Shown here: one piece after another, positions 39,966 to 48,467 of the stretch | How the letters are laid out: every line of letters starts with the position of its first letter | How positions within the stretch are numbered: the first letter of the stretch is position 1 | Source of the DNA: an uncultured Candidatus Saccharibacteria bacterium | Lineage (GTDB): Bacteria > Patescibacteriota > Minisyncoccia > UBA6257 > UBA9933 | Assembly: GCA_964642155.1 (NCBI GenBank) | Contig: CAZXNT010000002.1 | Coordinates: 1,801 to 65,800, forward strand | Length of the DNA: 64,000 bases | Reading direction: 5' to 3' | Position numbers and translations under genes: made by a program | The notes under the pieces: generated by a model | The model's database searches: none | What the model was told of the DNA's origin: nothing | What the model saw: only the letters and a program-made list of their open reading frames with translations

Positions 39966-40913
39966 ATGCCGGAGCTTCCAGAAGTAGAAACAATCGTCAA
40001 TGACTTGAGAAAAAAAATCGTCGATAGAAAAATTACGGGCGTTTGGTTTGACGCGCCAAAACTTATTAAAAAACCGAAACCGAAAGAATTAGAAAAGCAA
40101 ATAAAAGGATTGAAAATTATTGACATCAAACGTCGCGGGAAAAACATCCTTATTTATTTAACTACAAACTATAAATTACGAACTACAAACTATTTATTAC
40201 TGATTCATCAAAAGATGACGGGGCATCTTTTGTACGGGAAATGGCGAGTAAAATGTGATAATTCCAAAGTTACATTTCAACTGCTATCGCAGTTGAAATG
40301 TAATAAAAAACGAAAAGTTGAAAGTTTAATCAAGGGCGTTTTGGAAGAAAAAGTTAATAATTACATTCATTTTATTCTTTATCTTGATAACGGTTGGCAA
40401 GTCGGGCTTTCGGATTTGAGAAAATTCGCCAAAATTTTATTCGGCAAGAAAGAAGAAATTGAAAATTTGGCGGAATTAAAAAATTTGGGACCGGAGCCGT
40501 TAGACAAAAGTTTCAAGTTTATAAAGTTTGTAAAGTTAATAAAGTTTCAAAAGCGCAAAATCAAACAAGTTTTGATGGACCAAAATGTTATTGCCGGCAT
40601 TGGCAATATTTATTCCGATGAGATTTTATGGCAGGCGAAGATACATCCGTTCAAGCTGGCGGATGAATTAACAAATACTGAATTAGAAAAAATTTATTCA
40701 GCCACAAAAGAAATTTTAAAAAAAGCCGTAAAATTGCGCGGAACTTCAATCAGCGATTTTCGCGACGCTTTTGGCAAAAGCGGAGGGTATGTTAAAATAT
40801 TAAAAATTTACCGGCGCGAAGGCGAACTTTGTCAACGTTGCGGAACAATTATAAAAAGAGTTAAGATGGGAGGAAGAAGCGCTCATTATTGTCCCAAATG
40901 CCAAAAGATATAA
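39966..40913 (+). CDS. mutM: Formamidopyrimidine-DNA glycosylase
   Basis: MPELPEVET, RRGK, GIGNIY.DE and C-terminal zinc finger. Confidence 0.95.
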   Translation: MPELPEVETIVNDLRKKIVDRKITGVWFDAPKLIKKPKPKELEKQIKGLKIIDIKRRGKNILIYLTTNYKLRTTNYLLLIHQKMTGHLLYGKWRVKCDNSKVTFQLLSQLKCNKKRKVESLIKGVLEEKVNNYIHFILYLDNGWQVGLSDLRKFAKILFGKKEEIENLAELKNLGPEPLDKSFKFIKFVKLIKFQKRKIKQVLMDQNVIAGIGNIYSDEILWQAKIHPFKLADELTNTELEKIYSATKEILKKAVKLRGTSISDFRDAFGKSGGYVKILKIYRREGELCQRCGTIIKRVKMGGRSAHYCPKCQKI

Positions 40914-42583
40914 AAAAATACATTTTTATTGTCGGCGGCGTGATGTCCGGAGTCGGCAAGGGCGTGGCAACGGCTTCAATTGGCCGCATTTTGCAATCCC
41001 GTGGTTTTGAAGCGACGGCTTTAAAAATAGACCCTTACGTCAATGTTGACGCCGGCACTATGAACCCGACTGAGCACGGCGAAGTTTTTGTTTTGAATGA
41101 CGGCACGGAATGTGACCAAGATATGGGGAATTACGAAAGGTTCTTAGACCGTGATTTAACCGGTGAAAATTATATGACCACTGGCAGTATTTATTTGTCA
41201 GTAATCAATAAAGAACGCAATCTTGAATATGGAGGGAAATGTGTTGAGGTTGTGCCGCATATTCCGCTTGAAGTTATAAGTAGAATTGATAAGGCGCTTG
41301 TGAAAAACAAAGCGGAAATTGCTATTATGGAAATCGGCGGCACGGTCGGCGAATATCAAAATATTTTATTTTTAGAAGCGATTAGAATGTTGAAATTAAA
41401 AAAACCTGGCGACGTTCTTTTGGTTTTAGTGAGTCATCTACCGTCTTTAAGTGATGGCGGTGAATTAAAAACTAAGCCCACACAATATGCAGTAAGAACT
41501 TTGAATTCTACGGGTCTTCAACCGGATATAGTTATTGCTCGGGCGGCCGTGCCTTTGGATAAAAAAAGAAAAAACAAAATCGCTTTTAACTGCGATATTC
41601 GCGAACAGGATGTTATTTCTGCTCCGGATGTCAATAATATTTACGAAGTGCCGGTGAATTTTGAAAAAGATAATTTAAGCCAGAATATTTTGGAAAAATT
41701 AAATTTAAAACCGAGAACCAGCGATTTAAAAAAATGGAAACAGCTTGCCAATTTAGTGAATACAGCGAAGAAAAAAGTAAAAATCGGCATTGTTGGAAAA
41801 TATTTCGGCACCGGCAATTTTATTTTAACGGACTCTTATATTTCCGTCATTGAAGCGATAAAACACGCCGCTTATTTTTTAAAAGCAAAACCGGAAATTT
41901 CGTGGATTGATGCCGAAGAATTTGAAAAAAATCCGCCTTTGGCAGGACGAAGCCTGTCTTCGGCGAGGCGAAGTCCGCGCAAGCTCAAGGAATTGTCAAA
42001 ATATCAAGGAGTTGTTATTCCGGGCGGATTTGGCAGTCGCGGAGCGGAAGGAAAAATCGCCACCATTAAATATTGCCGAGAAAATAAAATTCCGTTTTTA
42101 GGGCTTTGTTACGGAATGCAATTATCGGTTATAGAATACAGCCGTTCGGTTGCCGGATTAAGGAATGCCAATACAACTGAGGTCAATTCCGATACCCCGC
42201 ATCCGGTTATAGACATTTTACCGGAACAGAAAAAGCATTTGGCGGATAAAAATTACGGCGCCACAATGCGGCTCGGCGCGTATCCAGCGGCGATTAAAAA
42301 AGGAACAATTGTTTATAACGCTTATAAAGAACATCTTATCTCCGAGCGCCATCGCCATCGTTATGAAGTTAATCCCGAATACATTGAAAAACTTGAAAAG
42401 AAAGGATTGGTTTTTTCGGGATTTTCTCCAAATCGCAAGTTGATGGAAATTATTGAATTGCCAAAAGAAAAACATCCGTTTTTTGTCGCCACTCAATTCC
42501 ATCCGGAATTAAAATCGCGGCCATTTAAACCACATCCGTTATTTAGGGAATTTGTAAAAACGGCGATTAATAGAAAGCCATGA
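40898..42583 (+). CDS. pyrG: CTP synthase
   Basis: GKG, DPYVNVDAGTMNP, GLCYGMQ, ERHRHRYE, QFHPE. Confidence 0.97.
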   Translation: MPKDIKKYIFIVGGVMSGVGKGVATASIGRILQSRGFEATALKIDPYVNVDAGTMNPTEHGEVFVLNDGTECDQDMGNYERFLDRDLTGENYMTTGSIYLSVINKERNLEYGGKCVEVVPHIPLEVISRIDKALVKNKAEIAIMEIGGTVGEYQNILFLEAIRMLKLKKPGDVLLVLVSHLPSLSDGGELKTKPTQYAVRTLNSTGLQPDIVIARAAVPLDKKRKNKIAFNCDIREQDVISAPDVNNIYEVPVNFEKDNLSQNILEKLNLKPRTSDLKKWKQLANLVNTAKKKVKIGIVGKYFGTGNFILTDSYISVIEAIKHAAYFLKAKPEISWIDAEEFEKNPPLAGRSLSSARRSPRKLKELSKYQGVVIPGGFGSRGAEGKIATIKYCRENKIPFLGLCYGMQLSVIEYSRSVAGLRNANTTEVNSDTPHPVIDILPEQKKHLADKNYGATMRLGAYPAAIKKGTIVYNAYKEHLISERHRHRYEVNPEYIEKLEKKGLVFSGFSPNRKLMEIIELPKEKHPFFVATQFHPELKSRPFKPHPLFREFVKTAINRKP

Positions 42584-43398
42584 TTCTATTTCTATACGGC
42601 CCCGATTCTTTTCGCAAGCGGGAAAAAATCAAAGAAATTATTACCAAGTACGAAAAAAACCATCAATCAGTCGGATTTTTTGATTTCAAAATTAAAAATA
42701 TTGACGAAGAATTCAATCGGCTGTTTGAATTTTCGGCGAGCCATTCGCTTTTTGAGAACGTTAAATTAGCCGTGGCGGAAGACATAATTGAAAATTTCGG
42801 CAAAGAGAACCAAAAGCCCTTTATTAATTTTTTAAAAGCCAATCTTGAAAATCAAGAGCTGACAATTTTAATTTCCGAAAACAAGGCGCCGCTTAAAGCT
42901 TTTGATTTTTTGCTTAAAAAACCGGTTTTATTCCAGGAATTCAAAAATCTTAGCGCGAATCAGCTGGAATTTTTCATTAAAAAAGAAGCGGAGAAAAGGG
43001 GATTGAAATTAACCGCTGACGCAATCGCATTTTTGGCTGATAATTTCAATGAAGACGCATGGGGATTAATCAATGAAATTGAAAAATTATCGCTGTTTAA
43101 TGATAAAAATTTTAACGGTAGCCGGCTAAAAGAGATTATTGATTATAACAAACCGACAAGTTCAAATGATTTTTTTAAAAAAATAAACGCCTTGTTGTTC
43201 AGCCGTTCTTTTGAAGAAAAATTGGTTAATTTGGAAATTTTGCTTGGCCGTGATGAGCCGGCTAAAATCTTCAATTTCTTGGCAAGCTTTTCTTCTAACC
43301 CGCCCGATTTAATTAAAAAATTCGCCGATTATGATATTGCCGTAAAATCCGGTAAAATGGATTACGAAGAAGTTTTACTTGATATAGTTTTGACTTAG
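42580..43398 (+). CDS. holA: DNA polymerase III delta subunit (short)
   Basis: MILFLYG.D, SLF and NEIEKL patterns; D...KSG C-terminal motif. Confidence 0.75.
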   Translation: MILFLYGPDSFRKREKIKEIITKYEKNHQSVGFFDFKIKNIDEEFNRLFEFSASHSLFENVKLAVAEDIIENFGKENQKPFINFLKANLENQELTILISENKAPLKAFDFLLKKPVLFQEFKNLSANQLEFFIKKEAEKRGLKLTADAIAFLADNFNEDAWGLINEIEKLSLFNDKNFNGSRLKEIIDYNKPTSSNDFFKKINALLFSRSFEEKLVNLEILLGRDEPAKIFNFLASFSSNPPDLIKKFADYDIAVKSGKMDYEEVLLDIVLT

Positions 43399-43414
43399 AC
43401 GGGGTTGGGGAGTG

Positions 43415-43443
43415 TTGACATTCATCAAGCCATAACTTATTAT
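43415..43443 (+). promoter_or_regulatory. Promoter of the infA-rpmJ-alpha cluster
   Basis: TTGACA-17nt-TATTAT. Confidence 0.65.
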
Positions 43444-43454
43444 TTCTTTTTATA

Positions 43455-43670
43455 ATGCGAGACATAAAAAAAGAAAAACCGATTGAAGGGATTGTTATGG
43501 AAGCGTTGCCGTCTTTGACGTTTAAAGTAAGGATTGGCAATGAAGATGAAATTTTGGCTTATCTTGCCGGAAAAATGAGATTGCATTATATTAAAGTTTT
43601 GCCCGGGGACAGAGTTCTTTTGGAATTAAGCCCGGACGGCAGAAGGGGAAGGATAATCAGAAGACTCTGA
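43455..43670 (+). CDS. infA: Translation initiation factor IF-1
   Basis: EALP, GKMR..YI.VLPGDRV and GRI motifs. Confidence 0.96.
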   Translation: MRDIKKEKPIEGIVMEALPSLTFKVRIGNEDEILAYLAGKMRLHYIKVLPGDRVLLELSPDGRRGRIIRRL

Positions 43671-43671
43671 T

Positions 43672-43748
43672 AATTAAGAATTCAGAATTCAGAGTTAAGA
43701 ATTATCGGAATATAAAATTCTAAATTCTTACTTCTAAATTCTAAATTA
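43672..43748. repeat. Inverted heptamer array
   Basis: AATTAAG/AATTCAG units followed by CTAAATT units. Confidence 0.75.
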
Positions 43749-43764
43749 GCGAGTGAAACGAGCT

Positions 43765-43881
43765 ATGAAGGTTCAATCATCAGTTAAAAAAATTTGTAAA
43801 GATTGCAAAACTGTCCGGCGTCAAGGCCGGATTTATGTGATTTGCAAAAAAAATCCAAAACATAAACAAAGACAAGGATAG
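43765..43881 (+). CDS. rpmJ: 50S ribosomal protein L36 (not in the ORF track)
   Basis: [38 protein letters not shown]. Confidence 0.97.
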   Translation: MKVQSSVKKICKDCKTVRRQGRIYVICKKNPKHKQRQG

Positions 43882-43905
43882 AAATAAAATAAATTAGCAA
43901 AGCTT

Positions 43906-44289
43906 ATGCGTTTACTTGGTATCAACATCCCGGACAATAAAAAAATTAAAATAGCCTTAACCCATGTTTACGGTATAGGCCGCTTTTCGGCTATTAATAT
44001 TTTAACGTTAGCCGGAGTTGATCCGGAAAAAAAGACGAAAGATTTAACCTCTGAAGAAACGAATAAAATCAAACAATTGATTGAAAAAAATCATAAGATA
44101 GAAGGCGAATTGCGCCAAGTTATCAAGGGTAATATTGTGAGGCTTAAAGAAATAAAATGCTACAGAGGCTCAAGACATGAAAGAAAATTGCCAGTTAGAG
44201 GGCAAAGAACAAAAACAAATTCTCGGACAGTCCGCGGTAATGTTAGAAAAACAGTCGGCAGTGGAAAAAGAAAAGTTGATTTGAAATAA
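43906..44289 (+). CDS. rpsM: 30S ribosomal protein S13
   Basis: YGIG, YRG.RH and LPVRGQRTKTN motifs. Confidence 0.97.
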   Translation: MRLLGINIPDNKKIKIALTHVYGIGRFSAINILTLAGVDPEKKTKDLTSEETNKIKQLIEKNHKIEGELRQVIKGNIVRLKEIKCYRGSRHERKLPVRGQRTKTNSRTVRGNVRKTVGSGKRKVDLK

Positions 44290-44431
44290 TCCCTCACCCT
44301 TCAAAGATTAAATATTATTAAACTTTGATAATGAGGGAATAAATTAAATTTTGTTAAAATAAATATAATTCAAAGAATCAATATTTTTCATTTTTTTAAA
44401 TGAAAAATAAAATCTTTGAAGGGTGAGGGAT
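44289..44431. mobile_element. Stop-to-start inverted-repeat element, copy 1 (rpsM/rpsK), 143 bp
   Basis: Perfect 20-bp TIR at 44289-44308 and 44412-44431. Confidence 0.85.
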
Positions 44432-44894
44432 GGGACAAAAAAAAGTTATAGAAAAAACTGAAAAAGATATTTTAGAAGAAGGCAAGAAATTGGAAGAAAC
44501 GATGGCAAAAAAATCTTCCGTTAAAAAAAGCGGACAAGTGGTTGGGAAAATAGGCGTTGGCGTGATTTACGTAAATTTCAGCTATAATAATACCATGCTT
44601 ACGGCAACCGATAAAAAAGGCAATGTGGTTGCGTGGATTTCCGCCGGCTCTTTGGGTTTTTCGGGGCCTAAAAAAGCCACGCCATTCGCGGCTTCAAAAA
44701 TGGTGGCAGCTGTGTCCGAAAAATTAAAAAAAATCGGTTTTTCCGAAATTGAAGTGGTGATGAAAGGAGTTGGTAGTGCTAGAGATTCCGCCCTGAAATC
44801 TTTAGCAGGTCAAGGATTTAGTATTTTATCAATAAAAGACGTGACGCCAATTCCGCATAATGGTCCGCGTCCGCCGAAAAAAAGAAGAGTATAA
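44430..44894 (+). CDS. rpsK: 30S ribosomal protein S11
   Basis: NNT, KKATPFAA and DVTPIPHNG motifs. Confidence 0.97.
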   Translation: MGQKKVIEKTEKDILEEGKKLEETMAKKSSVKKSGQVVGKIGVGVIYVNFSYNNTMLTATDKKGNVVAWISAGSLGFSGPKKATPFAASKMVAAVSEKLKKIGFSEIEVVMKGVGSARDSALKSLAGQGFSILSIKDVTPIPHNGPRPPKKRRV

Positions 44895-44901
44895 TTTTAT
44901 A

Positions 44902-45522
44902 ATGTTAAGAGCCAAAGAAAAAAAAGAACGCGCATTGGGAGTTAAGCTTGGTTTAAAAGCCGAGCGTTGTGATTCGCCGAAATGCGCGATGATAAGACGC
45001 CCTTATAAGCCGGGCGTACACGGTAAGAGCCGTCGTCGCAAATCTGCCTCGGAATACAGCCAACAGCTTCTTGAAAAGCAGAAAATGAAGATAATCTACG
45101 GTTTGAAAGAATCACAATTGAAAAAAATCGTGAAAGAAATAATGAAAAAGGGATTACCGAGTCAGAGAATAATTGTTCTTTTGGAACGCCGTCTTGATAA
45201 TGTAACTTTTAGGACTAGATTGGCGGCATCAAGAATAATTGCCAGACAATTGGTAAGCCACGGTCATATTTTTGTCAATAATAAAAAAGTAACCATTCCT
45301 TCATATTTGGTGAAAGCGGGCGATGTTGTATCAATAAATCCATTGTCCAAGAATCTATTGATTTTTAAAGATTTACAGAATATCATTAAAAAACATGACG
45401 CGCCGGAATGGTTTCAAGTTGACGGCGATAAAGTGGAAGCGAAAATAAAATCATTGCCAGCAAGAATTTCAGAAGAATTATTATTTGATCTAAACTTGGT
45501 CGTGGATTATTACAGCAGATAA
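44902..45522 (+). CDS. rpsD: 30S ribosomal protein S4
   Basis: PG.HG, LERRLDNV and ARQLVSHGH motifs. Confidence 0.96.
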   Translation: MLRAKEKKERALGVKLGLKAERCDSPKCAMIRRPYKPGVHGKSRRRKSASEYSQQLLEKQKMKIIYGLKESQLKKIVKEIMKKGLPSQRIIVLLERRLDNVTFRTRLAASRIIARQLVSHGHIFVNNKKVTIPSYLVKAGDVVSINPLSKNLLIFKDLQNIIKKHDAPEWFQVDGDKVEAKIKSLPARISEELLFDLNLVVDYYSR

Positions 45523-45526
45523 AAAT

Positions 45527-46312
45527 ATGCAATATCAATACCTTAGTGAAACAGTAAAAATTAAAAAAGTTTCGGAAACCGACATTGAGGGGGTTTTTGA
45601 AGTTGAAGGGCTTTATGCCGGTTATGGCCTTACTTTGGGCAATGCCTTGCGAAGAGCGCTTTTGTCTTCTTTACCCGGCGCCGCCATTACCCAGATAAAA
45701 ATTAAAGGCGTAAAACATGAATTTTCAACCATAGCGGGCGTAAAAGAGGATATTGTGGAAATTATTTTAAATCTTAAAAAAATTCGCTTTAAGCTTTATT
45801 CCGATGAACCGCAGGTTCTTTCTTTAAAAGCGAAAGGAGAGAAAAAAATTTTAGCCAAAGATATTGAAGTCAATTCTGAAATTGAAATCGTTAATCTTTC
45901 CGCTCATATTCTTTCATTAACCGGAAAAAATGCCGAAATTGAAATGGAATTAACCGTTGAAAAAGGATTGGGATATATGGCGGCAGAGAATAGAAAAGCC
46001 GATAAATTGCCAGTGGGCGTGATTGCCATTGATTCATTTTTCAGTCCGGTTATTGGCGTGAATTTTGTTGTTGAAAACATGCGCGTTGGAGAAAGAACGG
46101 ATTATAACAGATTAAGGATTTTTATTAAGACGGACGGAAGCATAACGCCGTCAAAAGCGCTTCATAAATCCGCGAATATTTTGAAAGACCATATTGAAAA
46201 AGTGGCGTTGATTGAAGTGAAAGAGATTGAACTAGAGAAAACTTCATCTGCCGGGAAAAAAGGGAAAAAAGCGGTTAAGGAAAAAGAAGAAAAAAAGAAA
46301 AAAAAGAAATAA
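45527..46312 (+). CDS. rpoA: RNA polymerase alpha subunit lacking a recognisable alpha-CTD
   Basis: GYG.TLGNALRR.LLSS, HEFSTI.GVKED; 261 aa ending in a Lys-rich tail. Confidence 0.93.
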   Translation: MQYQYLSETVKIKKVSETDIEGVFEVEGLYAGYGLTLGNALRRALLSSLPGAAITQIKIKGVKHEFSTIAGVKEDIVEIILNLKKIRFKLYSDEPQVLSLKAKGEKKILAKDIEVNSEIEIVNLSAHILSLTGKNAEIEMELTVEKGLGYMAAENRKADKLPVGVIAIDSFFSPVIGVNFVVENMRVGERTDYNRLRIFIKTDGSITPSKALHKSANILKDHIEKVALIEVKEIELEKTSSAGKKGKKAVKEKEEKKKKKK

Positions 46313-46662
46313 TGAAGCATCTTAAAAAAGGAAGAAAATTTCATAGAGCAAAGGGCCAGCGCCGGGCTCTTTTAAAAAGTTTAATCGCTAATTTAATCAT
46401 TAAAGAAAAAATTGAAACCACGGAAGCGAAAGCCAAAGAGATTAAATCGGCAACGGAAAAATTAGTCACGCTTGCTAAAAAACAAAACGTGGCATCTTTA
46501 AGGATTATTTTATCAAGATTAACCAATAAAGCGGGGCAAAAATTATATTATCAAATTGCGCCGCGATATATTGAAAGAAAGGGGGGATATTTGAGAATAA
46601 TTAAATTGGCGAAAGTCAGGAAGAATGACGCCGCCAAGATGGCGATAATTGAGTTTGTATAA
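46312..46662 (+). CDS. rplQ: 50S ribosomal protein L17
   Basis: I.TTEAKAKE and R.GGY.RI motifs; TAATG overlap with rpoA. Confidence 0.96.
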   Translation: MKHLKKGRKFHRAKGQRRALLKSLIANLIIKEKIETTEAKAKEIKSATEKLVTLAKKQNVASLRIILSRLTNKAGQKLYYQIAPRYIERKGGYLRIIKLAKVRKNDAAKMAIIEFV

Positions 46663-46669
46663 ATGGGGA

Positions 46670-46698
46670 TTGACACGAAGCAGTTGATTGGCTATCAT
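46670..46698 (+). promoter_or_regulatory. Promoter of tuf-rpsJ
   Basis: TTGACA-17nt-TATCAT. Confidence 0.65.
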
Positions 46699-46732
46699 AT
46701 TAATTGTCGTTAAAATAAAAAAGTCGTAAATA

Positions 46733-46810
46733 AATTGAATAAAGAATTAAGAATTATGAATTATGAATGGCAAAAATCAATAATTCATTATTCATTATTC
46801 GTAATTCATT
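46733..46810. repeat. Inverted heptamer array in the tuf leader
   Basis: GAATTAA/GAATTAT units followed by CATTATT/CGTAATT units. Confidence 0.75.
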
Positions 46811-46817
46811 AAAAACA

Positions 46818-48017
46818 ATGGCTGAAAAAGCAAAATTTGAAAGAAATAAGCCGCATTTAAATGTCGGCACGATTGGACACGTTGACCACGGCAAAACTAC
46901 TTTGACTGCCGCGATGACGCATGTCCTTAAATTAAAAGGTCTTATTGATAAAGAGGAGAGGGTTGATGAGATAGATAATGCTCCGGAAGAAAAAGCTCGC
47001 GGTATTACTATTGCCATTCATCATTCCGAATACCAATCCGAAAAACGGCATTACGCACATGTTGATTGTCCGGGACACGCGGATTATATCAAAAACATGA
47101 TTACGGGAGCCGCTCAAATGGACGGCGCGATTTTAGTTGTTTCCGCGGCTGATGGCCCGATGCCTCAGACTCGTGAACACATCTTGTTAGCGCGCCAAGT
47201 TGGCGTTCCGTCGGTAGTTGTTTTCTTAAATAAAGTTGATATGGTTGATGACCCGGAACTTATTGATTTAGTTGAAGCCGAAGTAAGGGAGCTTTTAAAA
47301 AAATATCAATTCCCTGGCGATACAACACCGATTATTCGCGGTTCGGCCGTGAAAGCTTTAGTTGCGGCCTCAGCAGACGATGAAGCGGCTAAGCCGATAT
47401 TGGATTTGCTTAAAGCTCTTGATGATTTTATTCCAGAACCGGTTCGTGAAACCGATAAGCCGTTTTTGATGCCCGTTGAAGACGTATTTTCAATTGAAGG
47501 CCGTGGCACGGTTGTTACCGGAAGAATTGAAAGGGGAATCGTTAAAGTCAACGATGAAATTGAAATTATTGGAATAAAACCAACTGCAAAAACCGTAGTC
47601 ACCGGTATTGAAATGTTTAAAAAACTTCTTGATGAAGGACGAGCCGGAGACAATGTCGGCGTTTTACTCCGCGGACTTAAAAAAGAAGACGTGGAGCGCG
47701 GACAAGTTTTGGCAAAAACCGGAAGTGTTACTCCGCATACTGAATTTGAAGCCGAAGTTTATATTTTGAGCAAGGAAGAAGGTGGACGCCACACCCCTTT
47801 CTTTAAAGGATATAAACCGCAATTTTATATCAGAACGACCGATGTCACCGGAGAAGCATTTTTGCCGGAAGGAATGGAAATGGTTATGCCCGGCGACACA
47901 GTAAAACTTAATGTCAAATTGATTGCGCCGGTGGCTCTTGAAGAAAAACAGAGGTTTGCCATCCGTGAAGGAGGAAAAACTGTGGGAGCGGGAGCGGTAA
48001 CTAAAATAATTAAATAG
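46818..48017 (+). CDS. tuf: Elongation factor Tu
   Basis: [21 protein letters not shown]; ATG 46818 preferred. Confidence 0.99.
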   Translation: MAEKAKFERNKPHLNVGTIGHVDHGKTTLTAAMTHVLKLKGLIDKEERVDEIDNAPEEKARGITIAIHHSEYQSEKRHYAHVDCPGHADYIKNMITGAAQMDGAILVVSAADGPMPQTREHILLARQVGVPSVVVFLNKVDMVDDPELIDLVEAEVRELLKKYQFPGDTTPIIRGSAVKALVAASADDEAAKPILDLLKALDDFIPEPVRETDKPFLMPVEDVFSIEGRGTVVTGRIERGIVKVNDEIEIIGIKPTAKTVVTGIEMFKKLLDEGRAGDNVGVLLRGLKKEDVERGQVLAKTGSVTPHTEFEAEVYILSKEEGGRHTPFFKGYKPQFYIRTTDVTGEAFLPEGMEMVMPGDTVKLNVKLIAPVALEEKQRFAIREGGKTVGAGAVTKIIK

Positions 48018-48051
48018 CAGGCACGAAGTAGTAAGTAGAAAGTTTTTTACA

Positions 48052-48381
48052 ATGGCTAAAAAAGAAGAAGATTTACAATCAAAAATCAGATTAAGGATAA
48101 GGTCTTACGACCATCGGTTGATTGACAATTCCGTCAAGCAGATTATTGAGACGGCTTTGCGCAACGGCGCCGAAGTTATTGGACCGATTCCTTTACCAAC
48201 GGAAATAAAGCGTTACACCGTTAACCGTTCAACTTTTGTTCACAAAACGAGCCGTGAACAATTTGAACTTCGCGTTCATAAGCGGCTGGTGGATATTCTT
48301 AATCCTAACCAAAAAATCATTGAATCTCTCGGCGGTCTAAATCTTCCCGCGGGAGTGGACATAGAAATCAAGATGAAGTAA
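48052..48381 (+). CDS. rpsJ: 30S ribosomal protein S10
   Basis: GPIPLPT, REQFE and HKRL motifs. Confidence 0.97.
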   Translation: MAKKEEDLQSKIRLRIRSYDHRLIDNSVKQIIETALRNGAEVIGPIPLPTEIKRYTVNRSTFVHKTSREQFELRVHKRLVDILNPNQKIIESLGGLNLPAGVDIEIKMK

Positions 48382-48393
48382 AGATGAAATAAT

Positions 48394-48424
48394 AAAAAAC
48401 CCCCCGCAAAGCGGGGGGTTTTTG
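48394..48424 (+). terminator. Bidirectional intrinsic terminator after rpsJ
   Basis: AAAAAACCCCCCGC-AAA-GCGGGGGGTTTTT. Confidence 0.9.
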
Positions 48425-48467
48425 GTTATAAGCGGATTTTTGATAAGCAATATGGTAAAATAAACTT

